Below, piece after piece: positions 9,500 through 16,473 of a stretch of 32,000 bases of DNA. Under the pieces are notes generated by a model. It did not search any database, was not told where the DNA came from, and saw only the letters and a list, made by a program, of their open reading frames with translations. The stretch spans positions 780,001 through 812,000 of the forward strand of contig NC_010296.1 of the NCBI RefSeq assembly GCF_000010625.1, in the 5' to 3' direction. Origin of the DNA: Microcystis aeruginosa NIES-843 (GTDB lineage: Bacteria > Cyanobacteriota > Cyanobacteriia > Cyanobacteriales > Microcystaceae). Made by a program: the position numbers and the translations under genes. The stretch's first letter is position 1; the number at the start of each line of letters is the position of its first letter.

Positions 9500-10585
9500 T
9501 TGCCCATGAATTTTACAACTAACTTCAAATCTCTCTCTCTGGCTGGTGTTGTCTTCGCTGGCACAGTTAGCGCGATCGCTGGACTGACTATCCTCCCCGT
9601 CCAAGCGCGGCCGATCATCTACAATCCGACTCCAACCTTAACGCTTAATGCAGGCACTGCTACTCTCACCGTTGGAGCCTTAGTCAACACTGCCAACGGC
9701 AATGGGTTGACTGGACCTGGAAACGCTTTGCAGCAACAGCACGTCGGAGGTAGCAATGGAGCTAATTTCTGGGGAGTACGTTTAGAAAGCGGGACGACTC
9801 CTGCTGATGTCAATCTTGATTTTGATTTTGGCAGTTCTGTGTTCTTAGATACCTTGGCTTTGTGGAATTACAACGCTTTTAATACCACAGCTACTGATCG
9901 CGGAATCAAGGATTTCACACTAATTCTCTCCAATAACTCCGACTTTAGCAGTCCAGTTTATCGAAAATTTGGGTTAAAACCCCGTCCTTTTAGGACGGCT
10001 TTAAGCTACAATGGAAAAAGCGATAACCAAGCTAAAAACTGAACCTTGACAACAGATAGTAGGGGGTTTTGTTCAGAAAAGAATTCAAATTCGGCCTTGA
10101 ACGAGTAAAACTTTCTAGGAAATAAGGTTGAACATGAGATTTTTTCGACTTGTTCAAAGTGGACGGAGGGCATTCGGACACTCAAAACGGACGGGTCGAA
10201 AGAGTCAGACTTAAGCAATTAAGCGTTTTTCGCTATCTGCGTCAACCCCGTTGACGCGACCACCCTAAAAAAGTGGCGTGGTGAGGAATCGCCGTCCGTT
10301 TTACGGCGGCGAGGATGTCAAGTATCAGGAACCCTAACACTACCTGAAGGTACGGCAACTAACATACCAGCGACAATCTTTTCCTTTCCTTTAATTCAAG
10401 CCCAATATGCTAGAATTGATGTAGCAAACAATTGGTTCGTTGGTTGGACAGCACCAGGGCCTATTGGTCTCTCTGAAGTTCGCTTTGCCCAGACTGTTCC
10501 TGTTCCTGAATCAAGTTCTGGCTTAGGTTTGCTGGCTTTAGGCTTACTAGGAACGGCAGCGGCATTTAGGCGCCATTGGAACTGA
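9500..10585 (+). pseudogene. Secreted PEP-CTERM protein with a discoidin-like domain, interrupted by a ~363-nt insertion
   Basis: The track ORF 9500-10042 has a signal peptide (…AGLTILPVQA/RP). An ATG-less open frame at 10223-10585 is in the same phase. It encodes ...SGTLTLPEGTATNIPATIFSFPLIQAQYARIDVANNWFVGW...SEVRFAQTVPVPESSSGLGLLALGLLGTAAAFRRHWN*, which is a PEP-CTERM anchor. The intervening sequence is full of stops. Confidence 0.75.
9962..10324. mobile_element. Non-autonomous hairpin-ended element (IS200/IS605-type PATE-like); boundaries +/- a few nt
   Basis: Related subterminal hairpins lie on the same strand: CCGTCCT-TTT-AGGACGG (9982-9998) and TCGCCG(T)CCGT-TTT-ACGGCGGCGA (10289-10312, with a bulged T). 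There are no TIRs and no credible ORF. The length must be a multiple of 3 to keep the two gene halves in phase. Confidence 0.5.
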
Positions 10586-10638
10586 GAAAACGGGTTTCTT
10601 TGAGAAGAAAACGGGTTTCTTTGAGAAACCCGTTTTCT
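10585..10638. repeat. Palindrome copy H2, with a 21-nt tandem duplication of the left arm
   Basis: AGAAAACGGGTTTCTTTGAGA occurs twice, followed by AACCCGTTTTCT. The TGA stop of the PEP-CTERM gene (10583-10585) overlaps the conserved CTGAG flank. It sits between convergent genes. Confidence 0.9.
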
Positions 10639-10654
10639 GGAATACATAAGCTGT

Positions 10655-10927
10655 TTAAGTATAGTGATATCGTGCTGCTAAAAACTCAATGCGGTCATCT
10701 TTGACTCGATAGACTAGACGGTGTTCTGTGGTAATTCGGCGTGACCAAGTATTAGCTTCAAGATACTTTATGGGTTCTGGTTTGCCTATTCCAGTAAAGG
10801 GATCGGCGGTGACAGATTCTACGAGATCGAGTAGGCGAAAGGCGATTTTTTTATCTGTTTTGTACCACCATCTTAAATCTTCTCGAAATTGGTGATCAAA
10901 GACAATTGCCCTACTCTTGGCGTTCAA
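10655..10927 (-). CDS. yoeB: YoeB/Txe-family type II toxin (mRNA interferase)
   Basis: GKPEPIKYLEANTWSRRITTEHRLVYRV...ARYHY aligns closely with E. coli YoeB ([26 protein letters not shown]...CRYHY). Confidence 0.9.
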   Translation of the reverse strand: MNAKSRAIVFDHQFREDLRWWYKTDKKIAFRLLDLVESVTADPFTGIGKPEPIKYLEANTWSRRITTEHRLVYRVKDDRIEFLAARYHYT

Positions 10928-11210
10928 TTCCTAACTCCTGACAAAGTTCTGTAACTGTCTGTCCCGGTATTGTTTGAACGTCCCTCTCCATTGAACGTTC
11001 CAGTGCTGCCAATAACTTTCTAGCATTCGCAGGCGATCGCAAAAGATAAACGGTTTCTAATAAGCCAGTTAATTCCTCTGCGCTTAATAGTGCCATATCT
11101 TTATGACCAGGGCGCGTAATAATCGCCATACTATTCTCGCTTTCCAGTCGATCCAGAAGGCTCGCTAAATTTTCTTGAGCTTGAGTGTAGGTAGTTTGGA
11201 TAGAAAACAT
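10911..11210 (-). CDS. yefM: YefM/Phd-family antitoxin
   Basis: The ETVYLLRSPANARKLL motif matches YefM (ETAYLLRSPANARRLM). It overlaps yoeB by 17 nt in the usual antitoxin-first order. Confidence 0.9.
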   Translation of the reverse strand: MFSIQTTYTQAQENLASLLDRLESENSMAIITRPGHKDMALLSAEELTGLLETVYLLRSPANARKLLAALERSMERDVQTIPGQTVTELCQELGIERQE

Positions 11211-11258
11211 AAGGCGAGGGCAACGAGTTGATTCGATTTTAGCTTATTTCATCAACTG

Positions 11259-11291
11259 AGAAAACGGGTTTTTTAAAGAAACCCGTTTTCT
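11259..11291. repeat. Palindrome copy H3 (variant AGAAAACGGGTTTTT-TAA-AGAAACCCGTTTTCT)
   Basis: It has the same CTG/GGA flanks. It lies in the divergent promoter region between yefM and ORF 11354. Confidence 0.85.
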
Positions 11292-11353
11292 GGAATAAGA
11301 GGCGATCGCTAGACTGGAATCAGTAGATTGGCCAGTATGGTAAGCTGAGAAAA

Positions 11354-11692
11354 ATGGCAAAATTATCGCCAGAGTCAAAACAACTGATCATCAATCTGAA
11401 AAATAGGCTATTAGACATTGTTGACGAATCTAAAGCTGTAGAATTTGCCATCTTAAACCGTTTTGGTGAAACAGCAGAAACCCTAGACAGTTTAGAGCAA
11501 CTCACAGAAATTGCCCTCCAAGCAGAATCTCGGTTTTCTCAGCTATCAAACTTAGAAATTCGTGCCGCTCAATCTCAACCGATGATTTCTCCTGATTTGC
11601 TAAGATTTATAGAAGAAGTCATTAAGACAACCCAAGTGCGGATTCCTGCCTTGATGCGTAGTGTCGAAGAAGTTAAACTTGAATGGAGTTAA
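11354..11692 (+). CDS. Hypothetical protein (112 aa), first gene of a coupled two-gene module
   Basis: An ORF with no family I recognise. Its 5' and 3' ends recur as remnants elsewhere in the island (12377-12437, 13002-13037, 12715-12780). Confidence 0.5.
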   Translation: MAKLSPESKQLIINLKNRLLDIVDESKAVEFAILNRFGETAETLDSLEQLTEIALQAESRFSQLSNLEIRAAQSQPMISPDLLRFIEEVIKTTQVRIPALMRSVEEVKLEWS

Positions 11693-11863
11693 ATATGGAT
11701 TTTGTTCCTCAGCTTCCCCGGGATTCTGATCAACTTAAGCAAACTTTGGCAAAAGCACACCGCAATTGTCAAGAGATGGAATTAGTTGGATTACAATTAG
11801 AAGAAGCGATTAGTCGCTTAGAAGCGGAAAATCGTCAAAGACGAAGACAACAGCTAGAAAAAA
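11621..11863 (+). repeat. ~243-bp direct repeat, copy 1 (3' end of ORF112 plus ORF61)
   Basis: Nearly identical to 12715-12957, with only a few substitutions seen by eye. Confidence 0.9.
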
Positions 11864-11868
11864 CCTGA
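11683..11868 (+). CDS. Hypothetical small coiled-coil protein (61 aa; alternative start at 11695)
   Basis: It overlaps or abuts the stop of the upstream ORF (TGGAGTTAAATATGG). The C-terminus is Arg/Gln-rich (ENRQRRRQQLE). A near-identical paralog lies at 12777-12977. Confidence 0.5.
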   Translation: MELNMDFVPQLPRDSDQLKQTLAKAHRNCQEMELVGLQLEEAISRLEAENRQRRRQQLEKT

Positions 11869-11888
11869 CAAAAAATGCAAAACCCCTT

Positions 11889-11904
11889 AGAAAACGGGTT
11901 TTCT
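11889..11904. repeat. Palindrome copy H4, collapsed (AGAAAACGGGTTTTCT)
   Basis: It equals the full palindrome with the central 17 nt deleted between the GTTT repeats. The GGA 3' flank is retained. Confidence 0.7.
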
Positions 11905-11935
11905 GGAACAATCAATTCAAAGCAAGGACAAACCC

Positions 11936-12148
11936 ATGAAATATCGCGTCTTAATTGAGCAAGATGAAGATGGCATTTATGTGGCTGAAGTTCCCTCCCT
12001 ACCCGGCTGTATTTCTCAAGGCAATACCCGGTTCGAGTTACTCGCCAACATTCAGGAAGCAATTGCTTTATATCTAGAAAGCCTAGAAGCGCACAATGAA
12101 CCGATTCCACCACCAATTTCTGAGGAACTGGTAGAGGTTAAATTATGA
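11936..12148 (+). CDS. hicB: HicB-family antitoxin (UPF0150 fold)
   Basis: MKYRVLIEQDEDGIYVAEVPSLPGCISQGNT...EAIALYLESL is the typical HicB N-domain. There is a 4-nt ATGA overlap with the downstream hicA. Confidence 0.8.
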   Translation: MKYRVLIEQDEDGIYVAEVPSLPGCISQGNTRFELLANIQEAIALYLESLEAHNEPIPPPISEELVEVKL

Positions 12149-12369
12149 GTGAACTCCCTCCTATCGCTGGTCGCCAAGTCGTTAAAGCACTGGGCAAGAT
12201 TGGCTACGAATTAGATCGGCAGCGAGGAAGTCATATCATACTCAGACAAAAAGCCTATCCCTATCGACGCATCACCATCCCTGACCATCGAGAAGTGGCT
12301 AAGGGAACACTGAGATCTATCATTCGTCAAGCGGGATTGACAATGGCAGAGTTTAAAACTCTCCTTTAG
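12145..12369 (+). CDS. hicA: HicA-family toxin (mRNA interferase)
   Basis: VKALGKIGYELDRQRGSHIILRQ carries the HicA GSH motif. It is 74 aa and coupled to hicB. Confidence 0.8.
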   Translation: MSELPPIAGRQVVKALGKIGYELDRQRGSHIILRQKAYPYRRITIPDHREVAKGTLRSIIRQAGLTMAEFKTLL

Positions 12370-12446
12370 CTTGATTTGCCAGAGTCGAAACAACCGCTCA
12401 TAAATCGCCAATTCAAAAATAGACTATTAAACAATGTAAACGCTAT

Positions 12447-12719
12447 ATGAGTCAAGCTGCTGCTGCAATCAATACTAAACTAATTGATTCCCTTGCTCAA
12501 ATTATCCTCTCCTTAACTGACGAAGAACAACAGCTTCTCCTACAAAAAATTCAGCATCCAGCCTTATCTGATGTCGATTGTCATCAAGGTTTTCCCTTTG
12601 ATGTTCAAATTCCTAATACAGAAACGCTCGCCGCCATTGAAGAAGTAGAAAAACATCCTGAGCGTCTTAAGCGTTATACTAGCGTTGGGCAGATGTTCGA
12701 GGATTGGAACAGTGATTAA
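12447..12719 (+). CDS. Hypothetical protein (90 aa), possibly antitoxin-like; its 3' end runs into direct-repeat copy 2
   Basis: The C-terminal IPNTETLAAIEEVEK...LKRYTSVGQMFEDW weakly resembles the DinJ/RelB-type antitoxin C-terminal region (from memory only). The stop lies at the repeat junction. Confidence 0.35.
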   Translation: MSQAAAAINTKLIDSLAQIILSLTDEEQQLLLQKIQHPALSDVDCHQGFPFDVQIPNTETLAAIEEVEKHPERLKRYTSVGQMFEDWNSD

Positions 12720-12957
12720 GACAACCCAAGTGCCGATTCCTGCCTTGATGCGTAGTGTCGAAGAAATTAAACTTGAATGGAGTTAAATATGGATTTTGTT
12801 CCTCAGCTTCCCCGGGATTCTGATCAACTTAAGCAAACTTTGGCAAAAGCACACCGCAATTGTCAAGAGATGGAATTAGTTCGATTACAATTAGAAGAAG
12901 CGATTAGTCGCTTAGAAGCGGAAAATCGTCAAAGACGAAGACAGCAGTTAGAAAACC
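12715..12957 (+). repeat. ~243-bp direct repeat, copy 2
   Basis: Matches 11621-11863. Here the ORF112-derived part is out of frame with the upstream ORF. Confidence 0.9.
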
Positions 12958-12977
12958 TAGAAAACGGGTTTCTTTGA
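12777..12977 (+). CDS. Paralog of the 61-aa coiled-coil ORF (66 aa)
   Basis: Identical to ORF 11683-11868 except G36R and the C-terminal tail, which reads into palindrome H5. Confidence 0.45.
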   Translation: MELNMDFVPQLPRDSDQLKQTLAKAHRNCQEMELVRLQLEEAISRLEAENRQRRRQQLENLENGFL

Positions 12978-12991
12978 GAAACCCGTTTTCT
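12959..12991. repeat. Palindrome copy H5 (perfect)
   Basis: AGAAAACGGGTTTCT-TTG-AGAAACCCGTTTTCT followed by GGAGA. Confidence 0.9.
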
Positions 12992-13082
12992 GGAGAAACA
13001 GGGCAAAATTATCGCCAAGTTCAAAACAACTGATAATCACATCGACAATCTTCGAGACAATAACTGAGCTTTATTCCTGTCA

Positions 13083-13328
13083 ATGATGCTAACAAAATAT
13101 CTAAAACAAGCAATGGAACTGGCAACCTATGAAGTTCTAGAAGACGGTACTTTTTATGGAGAAATTCCGGGATTTGAGGGAGTATATGCTAATGAAACAA
13201 CCCTCGAAGCTACTAAGGAACAGTTACAGGAAGTTTTGGAAGGCTGGGTTATTTTAGGACTACGCTTACAGCATCAGTTACCGATTGTTGACGGTATCAA
13301 TCTAACCCCTCAACAAAAAATCGCCTGA
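13083..13328 (+). CDS. hicB: HicB-like antitoxin (second pair)
   Basis: YEVLEDGTFYGEIPGFEGVYANETTLEATKEQLQEVLEGWV is the HicB-type N-domain pattern. There is a 1-nt TGATG overlap with the downstream HicA-like ORF. Confidence 0.65.
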   Translation: MMLTKYLKQAMELATYEVLEDGTFYGEIPGFEGVYANETTLEATKEQLQEVLEGWVILGLRLQHQLPIVDGINLTPQQKIA

Positions 13329-13549
13329 TGCCACCTTTTGCCCCCATCAAAAGGAAAGAGTTAATTCGCCAGTTGAGAAAGCTGGGATTTTCTGGTCCTC
13401 TGGTAGGAGGAAATCATCAATATATGGTGCAGGGAAAATTAAAAATCTGGATTCCTAATCCACACCAAGGAGATATCAGTAAAAGCTTGCTGGCTAAAAT
13501 TTTACAACAAGCAAATATTAGTAGAGAAGAATGGGAAAAATTACGTTAA
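13328..13549 (+). CDS. hicA: HicA-like toxin (second pair)
   Basis: KELIRQLRKLGFSGPLVGGNHQYMV has the YcfA/HicA layout with G-x-H. It is 73 aa. Confidence 0.65.
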   Translation: MPPFAPIKRKELIRQLRKLGFSGPLVGGNHQYMVQGKLKIWIPNPHQGDISKSLLAKILQQANISREEWEKLR

Positions 13550-13606
13550 ACAATTCTGTCTTGGAAAAGTTAAAAACTGTTCTCAATTAAGCAAGATGAA
13601 TGCCAT

Positions 13607-13639
13607 AGAAAAGGGGTTTCTTTGAGAAACCCCTTTTCT
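13607..13639. repeat. Palindrome copy H6, with a compensatory stem change
   Basis: AGAAAAGGGGTTTCT-TTG-AGAAACCCCTTTTCT. C>G in the left arm is matched by G>C in the right arm, so the stem is preserved. It sits between convergent hicA and the BT1 transporter gene. Confidence 0.9.
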
Positions 13640-13645
13640 GAACTG

Positions 13646-15082
13646 TCAATCTCTTGTGTCGATTAATTCGGGGACAAGTTCGGGAATAAAACCGGGTTCA
13701 GCTAAAGAACCAGTAACATGATGTTCAAAGACTTCTGCGGGGGGAAAAGTTTTCTTGACTTCCTGAGATTGGGGATCCGTAGAAGGTAGCCATTTAATTA
13801 GGGGTAAAGGTAGGAGAGTAGAGAGATTAGTAATCACCACCAATAACCAAAGGTTATCAAAATTAGTTTCGGTGACTCCCAACCAATGGGTTAATAAAGC
13901 GCCGATTTCTTGGGAAACTAATCCTGACATATTCCAGATGGACATTAATAAAGCGAATAGAGATGCTTCAATGCCCACGGGACAAAGACGGGCCGATAAA
14001 ATTAAGACGGGTAAAAAGGCAATTTGTCCCATGACGGTGAGGATGAGACTATCCCCCAAACTAAACCAATGATCGTCAATACCGAGCGCTCGATTAGTAT
14101 GGGTAACTAAGAGTAGGGTAGTCATCCCTAAAAGCGCAGAAATCACCGTACTCCAACCCAAAATTAAACGAAAGGAAATCGCTTTTAAAAACCGTTGATA
14201 TACCCAGATGCCCAGGATCGAGGCTAAACTGGTGACTAAGCGCACTCGTCCTAAAAATTCCGGTTCAAATCCTAACTCGTTGGTGGTGAAGTAGAAAAAG
14301 GCAGAATCGGCGCTAGGAGTAGCCTGCCAGAGAAAAATAAAGGCAGTGGGTAATAAAATTGATTTTTGTCTAATTGCTGACCATAATTGCCCGATTTGCT
14401 CCTTGACTTTCGGCGTTGATTGTGCATCATTGTTATTCTTGATTTTTTCCTCTGTAATTAAAAACGCCATGGCTGAGGCAATCAGGGGAAAAATAGCGGT
14501 GAGAGCGAAGACAGGACGAGTACCGAGGTGTGCCAGTAACCAACCTCCCAGATAAGCCGTAATTAAGCCGCCTAACGCCGATATTCCCCAAGTTAAGGAC
14601 TGTAGAGAACCGGATTGAGTTAAGGACTCTTTGCGCGCCCTTTCTACTACCAAAGAATCGACGATGACATCACTAATGGTGACAGAAAGGGAACCAAGCA
14701 GGATCGCCGCCGCCGCTTGCCAAGCATTCTCCACCACAGTGGCTAGGGCCAACCAAGCTAAAACCCCGAGAATTCCCGATAAAATTAGGTAGGGCCGACG
14801 ACGATAGCCGAAAATAGGCAAACCATCCGAAAGAAAGCCAAAAGCTGGTTTAATCACCCAAGGAATCGCCGCCACTCCGATTAATGCCCCCATCTGGGAG
14901 GGACTCAAGGCCAAATCGTCTTTTAAAAAAAAGCTAACCGCTAATCGGGAGAGTCCGAGAATGCCCTGTACGAAATAAACCCCTAAAATGCCAATTAATT
15001 CGGGATTAGGGTCATTTCCGAACAAGATAGTCTCTTTAAGGAATTTTTTCCCGCGATCGATGCCAAGGCGATTAATAAGCAT
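13646..15082 (-). CDS. Folate/biopterin transporter family (BT1, MFS-type) permease
   Basis: 478 aa with ~12 TM segments. The N-terminal region ...LGVYFVQGILGLSRLAVSFFLKDDLALSPSQ is characteristic of BT1 family proteins. Confidence 0.75.
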   Translation of the reverse strand: MLINRLGIDRGKKFLKETILFGNDPNPELIGILGVYFVQGILGLSRLAVSFFLKDDLALSPSQMGALIGVAAIPWVIKPAFGFLSDGLPIFGYRRRPYLILSGILGVLAWLALATVVENAWQAAAAILLGSLSVTISDVIVDSLVVERARKESLTQSGSLQSLTWGISALGGLITAYLGGWLLAHLGTRPVFALTAIFPLIASAMAFLITEEKIKNNNDAQSTPKVKEQIGQLWSAIRQKSILLPTAFIFLWQATPSADSAFFYFTTNELGFEPEFLGRVRLVTSLASILGIWVYQRFLKAISFRLILGWSTVISALLGMTTLLLVTHTNRALGIDDHWFSLGDSLILTVMGQIAFLPVLILSARLCPVGIEASLFALLMSIWNMSGLVSQEIGALLTHWLGVTETNFDNLWLLVVITNLSTLLPLPLIKWLPSTDPQSQEVKKTFPPAEVFEHHVTGSLAEPGFIPELVPELIDTRD

Positions 15083-15371
15083 GAAGTTTCATAAATATTT
15101 GTTACTGTCTCTATAATAATGATTGATCGCTCGATCGGTGCGTTAGCTGTTAGGGTTTAACTGTTGAGCTTTAGGTTTTGGCAGTTGGGTATTGGGTTTT
15201 AGGGTTTTAGTTGAATTTCCCCATAAAAGGCTTATTGTCGTGTTATGGGGAAACTTTTTTGCGATCGCTCTATTTGAGAGTAATATACAGAAAGATTTTT
15301 AAAAAAATCTGTATTTGGTCTGATATGGGGAAAGTTTTGGTCTAATGTCTAGTTAGACCATCTAGATCAAA

Positions 15372-15797
15372 TTGCGATTTAAGGTGTCCAAAATGACAAA
15401 ACCTAGAATTCTCACTTTAATACTCAGTATCTTCTCAGTTATTCAGATATTAGATATCCCAAACTCTCAGCAAGTACAAGCACAATTGATTTCTCAGAGA
15501 GGCGTTACAACTTTCTCCTCAGAACGTAGTGATTCGGGAACGGGTATTAATCAAAGGTGTAGATATTTTTTCTATGATGGAGGCGATTTTAAACAGACCT
15601 GTTCTTCATTTATAAACAGTGGATACACGACACCTAGAACGAGAACATCGAGTGCTTCTGGTTACTGGGAAAGCGATGGCTCAAGAGTTCGTGTGATTAT
15701 AGTTAGTCCTGAGAATTTATCAGGCCAGATTATCTATCAAGAAGGTCGAGGTGGAGAGTTGATAAGTCCTAGTGGGATTCGACTTCGCCCTGACTAA
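15372..15797 (+). CDS. Hypothetical secreted protein (141 aa; start possibly at 15393)
   Basis: Signal-peptide-like N-terminus (KPRILTLILSIFSVIQIL...QVQA). No recognisable family. Confidence 0.4.
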   Translation: MRFKVSKMTKPRILTLILSIFSVIQILDIPNSQQVQAQLISQRGVTTFSSERSDSGTGINQRCRYFFYDGGDFKQTCSSFINSGYTTPRTRTSSASGYWESDGSRVRVIIVSPENLSGQIIYQEGRGGELISPSGIRLRPD

Positions 15798-16116
15798 TTA
15801 TTGTGGCTCTTCGTTACTTGTTGTGGTTCGATAGGGTGGCATAAATCGACTAAATCCTTATCTGGCAAGAGACTTAATTGATTAGTTCGCTCTAGATAAA
15901 AAACAATTGACAAAAATCGCTAAATGCCTTTCTATATAAGGGTTCCATCCCTTATAACCCCCGTCCATTGCATAACAATTACCGAAGAGCCTTTATAATG
16001 TCTATTTAGCTGGCTCTGGGTGGAGGTCTTGCACTCGTAACTGAGAGTAATTCTTTAACAATTTTCCTGGTCGAGCTAGAATAGAGACAACTGGACAGTA
16101 ACCCAACTGTTTTATT

Positions 16117-16473
16117 ATGTTGCGAGATGCTCGTATAGCGGCTTTGTATGCGGAGACGAATGAACGTAAAATACTGCGTCCTTTTTCACGCGATCCTGAT
16201 TATGTCGTACTTCTTTATAGCTTAGAGATACGACACCGTGCTGTTCAATTAATCAAAGAATTTCTTGCGAGTGAAGGCTATTCAGGACGTATGGATCGCT
16301 GGAGTGTCACTTGTGCGGGAGCTTTTCTTACCCAATTAGCTCTTTCAGTTGATTGTCTTCTTGATCAACAAATTAATCAAGATATTATAAATATAATAAC
16401 CTTTTTAAATATAACCAATAAGCTTCAAATAATAGTAAATAGAATTTGTCAATATGACAGAGAAACGGGATAA
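16117..16473 (+). CDS. Hypothetical protein, 3'-truncated by the degenerate IS607 copy
   Basis: A stop lies 5 codons upstream of the ATG, so the start is real. The last codons and the stop (GGGATAA) lie in IS-derived sequence starting at ~16468. Confidence 0.35.
   Translation: MLRDARIAALYAETNERKILRPFSRDPDYVVLLYSLEIRHRAVQLIKEFLASEGYSGRMDRWSVTCAGAFLTQLALSVDCLLDQQINQDIINIITFLNITNKLQIIVNRICQYDRETG

Noticed and set aside
9323-9813. Minus-strand ORFs 9323-9604, 9418-9618 and 9619-9813.
   Set aside because: They span the NtcA site, palindrome H1 and the 5' end of the plus-strand secreted protein gene. They are most likely spurious.
10006-10218. 70-aa minus-strand ORF inside the PATE-like insert.
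   Set aside because: Low-complexity composition, no family resemblance, and it lies within highly structured non-coding-looking DNA.
9960-10322. Group I intron explanation for the in-phase 363-nt insert. With boundaries 9960-10322 the upstream exon ends in U and the insert ends in G.
   Set aside because: I could not build a convincing P1 pairing between the exon end (CCAGUUU) and the first ~30 nt of the insert. The hairpins have UUU loops rather than the usual GNRA or P-element features. The U/G coincidence is low-information. The PATE-like interpretation fits better, but a covariance-model scan would settle it.
9959-10326. TATC at 9959-9962 and 10323-10326 as a 4-bp target site duplication.
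   Set aside because: Removing the insert plus one TATC copy deletes 364 nt. That breaks the reading frame between the two gene halves and gives an immediate stop. It is probably coincidence.
10396-10647. 83-aa minus-strand ORF.
   Set aside because: It is antisense to the PEP-CTERM C-terminal coding segment and runs through palindrome H2. The plus-strand reading gives a textbook sorting signal.
12211-12411. 66-aa minus-strand ORF antisense to hicA, plus 11320-11505 and 11835-12116 antisense to ORF112 and hicB.
   Set aside because: These are shadow ORFs opposite better-supported genes, with no motifs.
9373-13639. The palindrome array as a CRISPR array or an integron attC/CALIN array.
   Set aside because: The spacing is 0.6-1.2 kb and the intervals contain whole genes, so it is not CRISPR. 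The repeats are perfect symmetric palindromes lacking the attC R'/R'' consensus (GTTRRRY / RYYYAAC) and extrahelical bases. No intI is present. The idea is kept only as an analogy.
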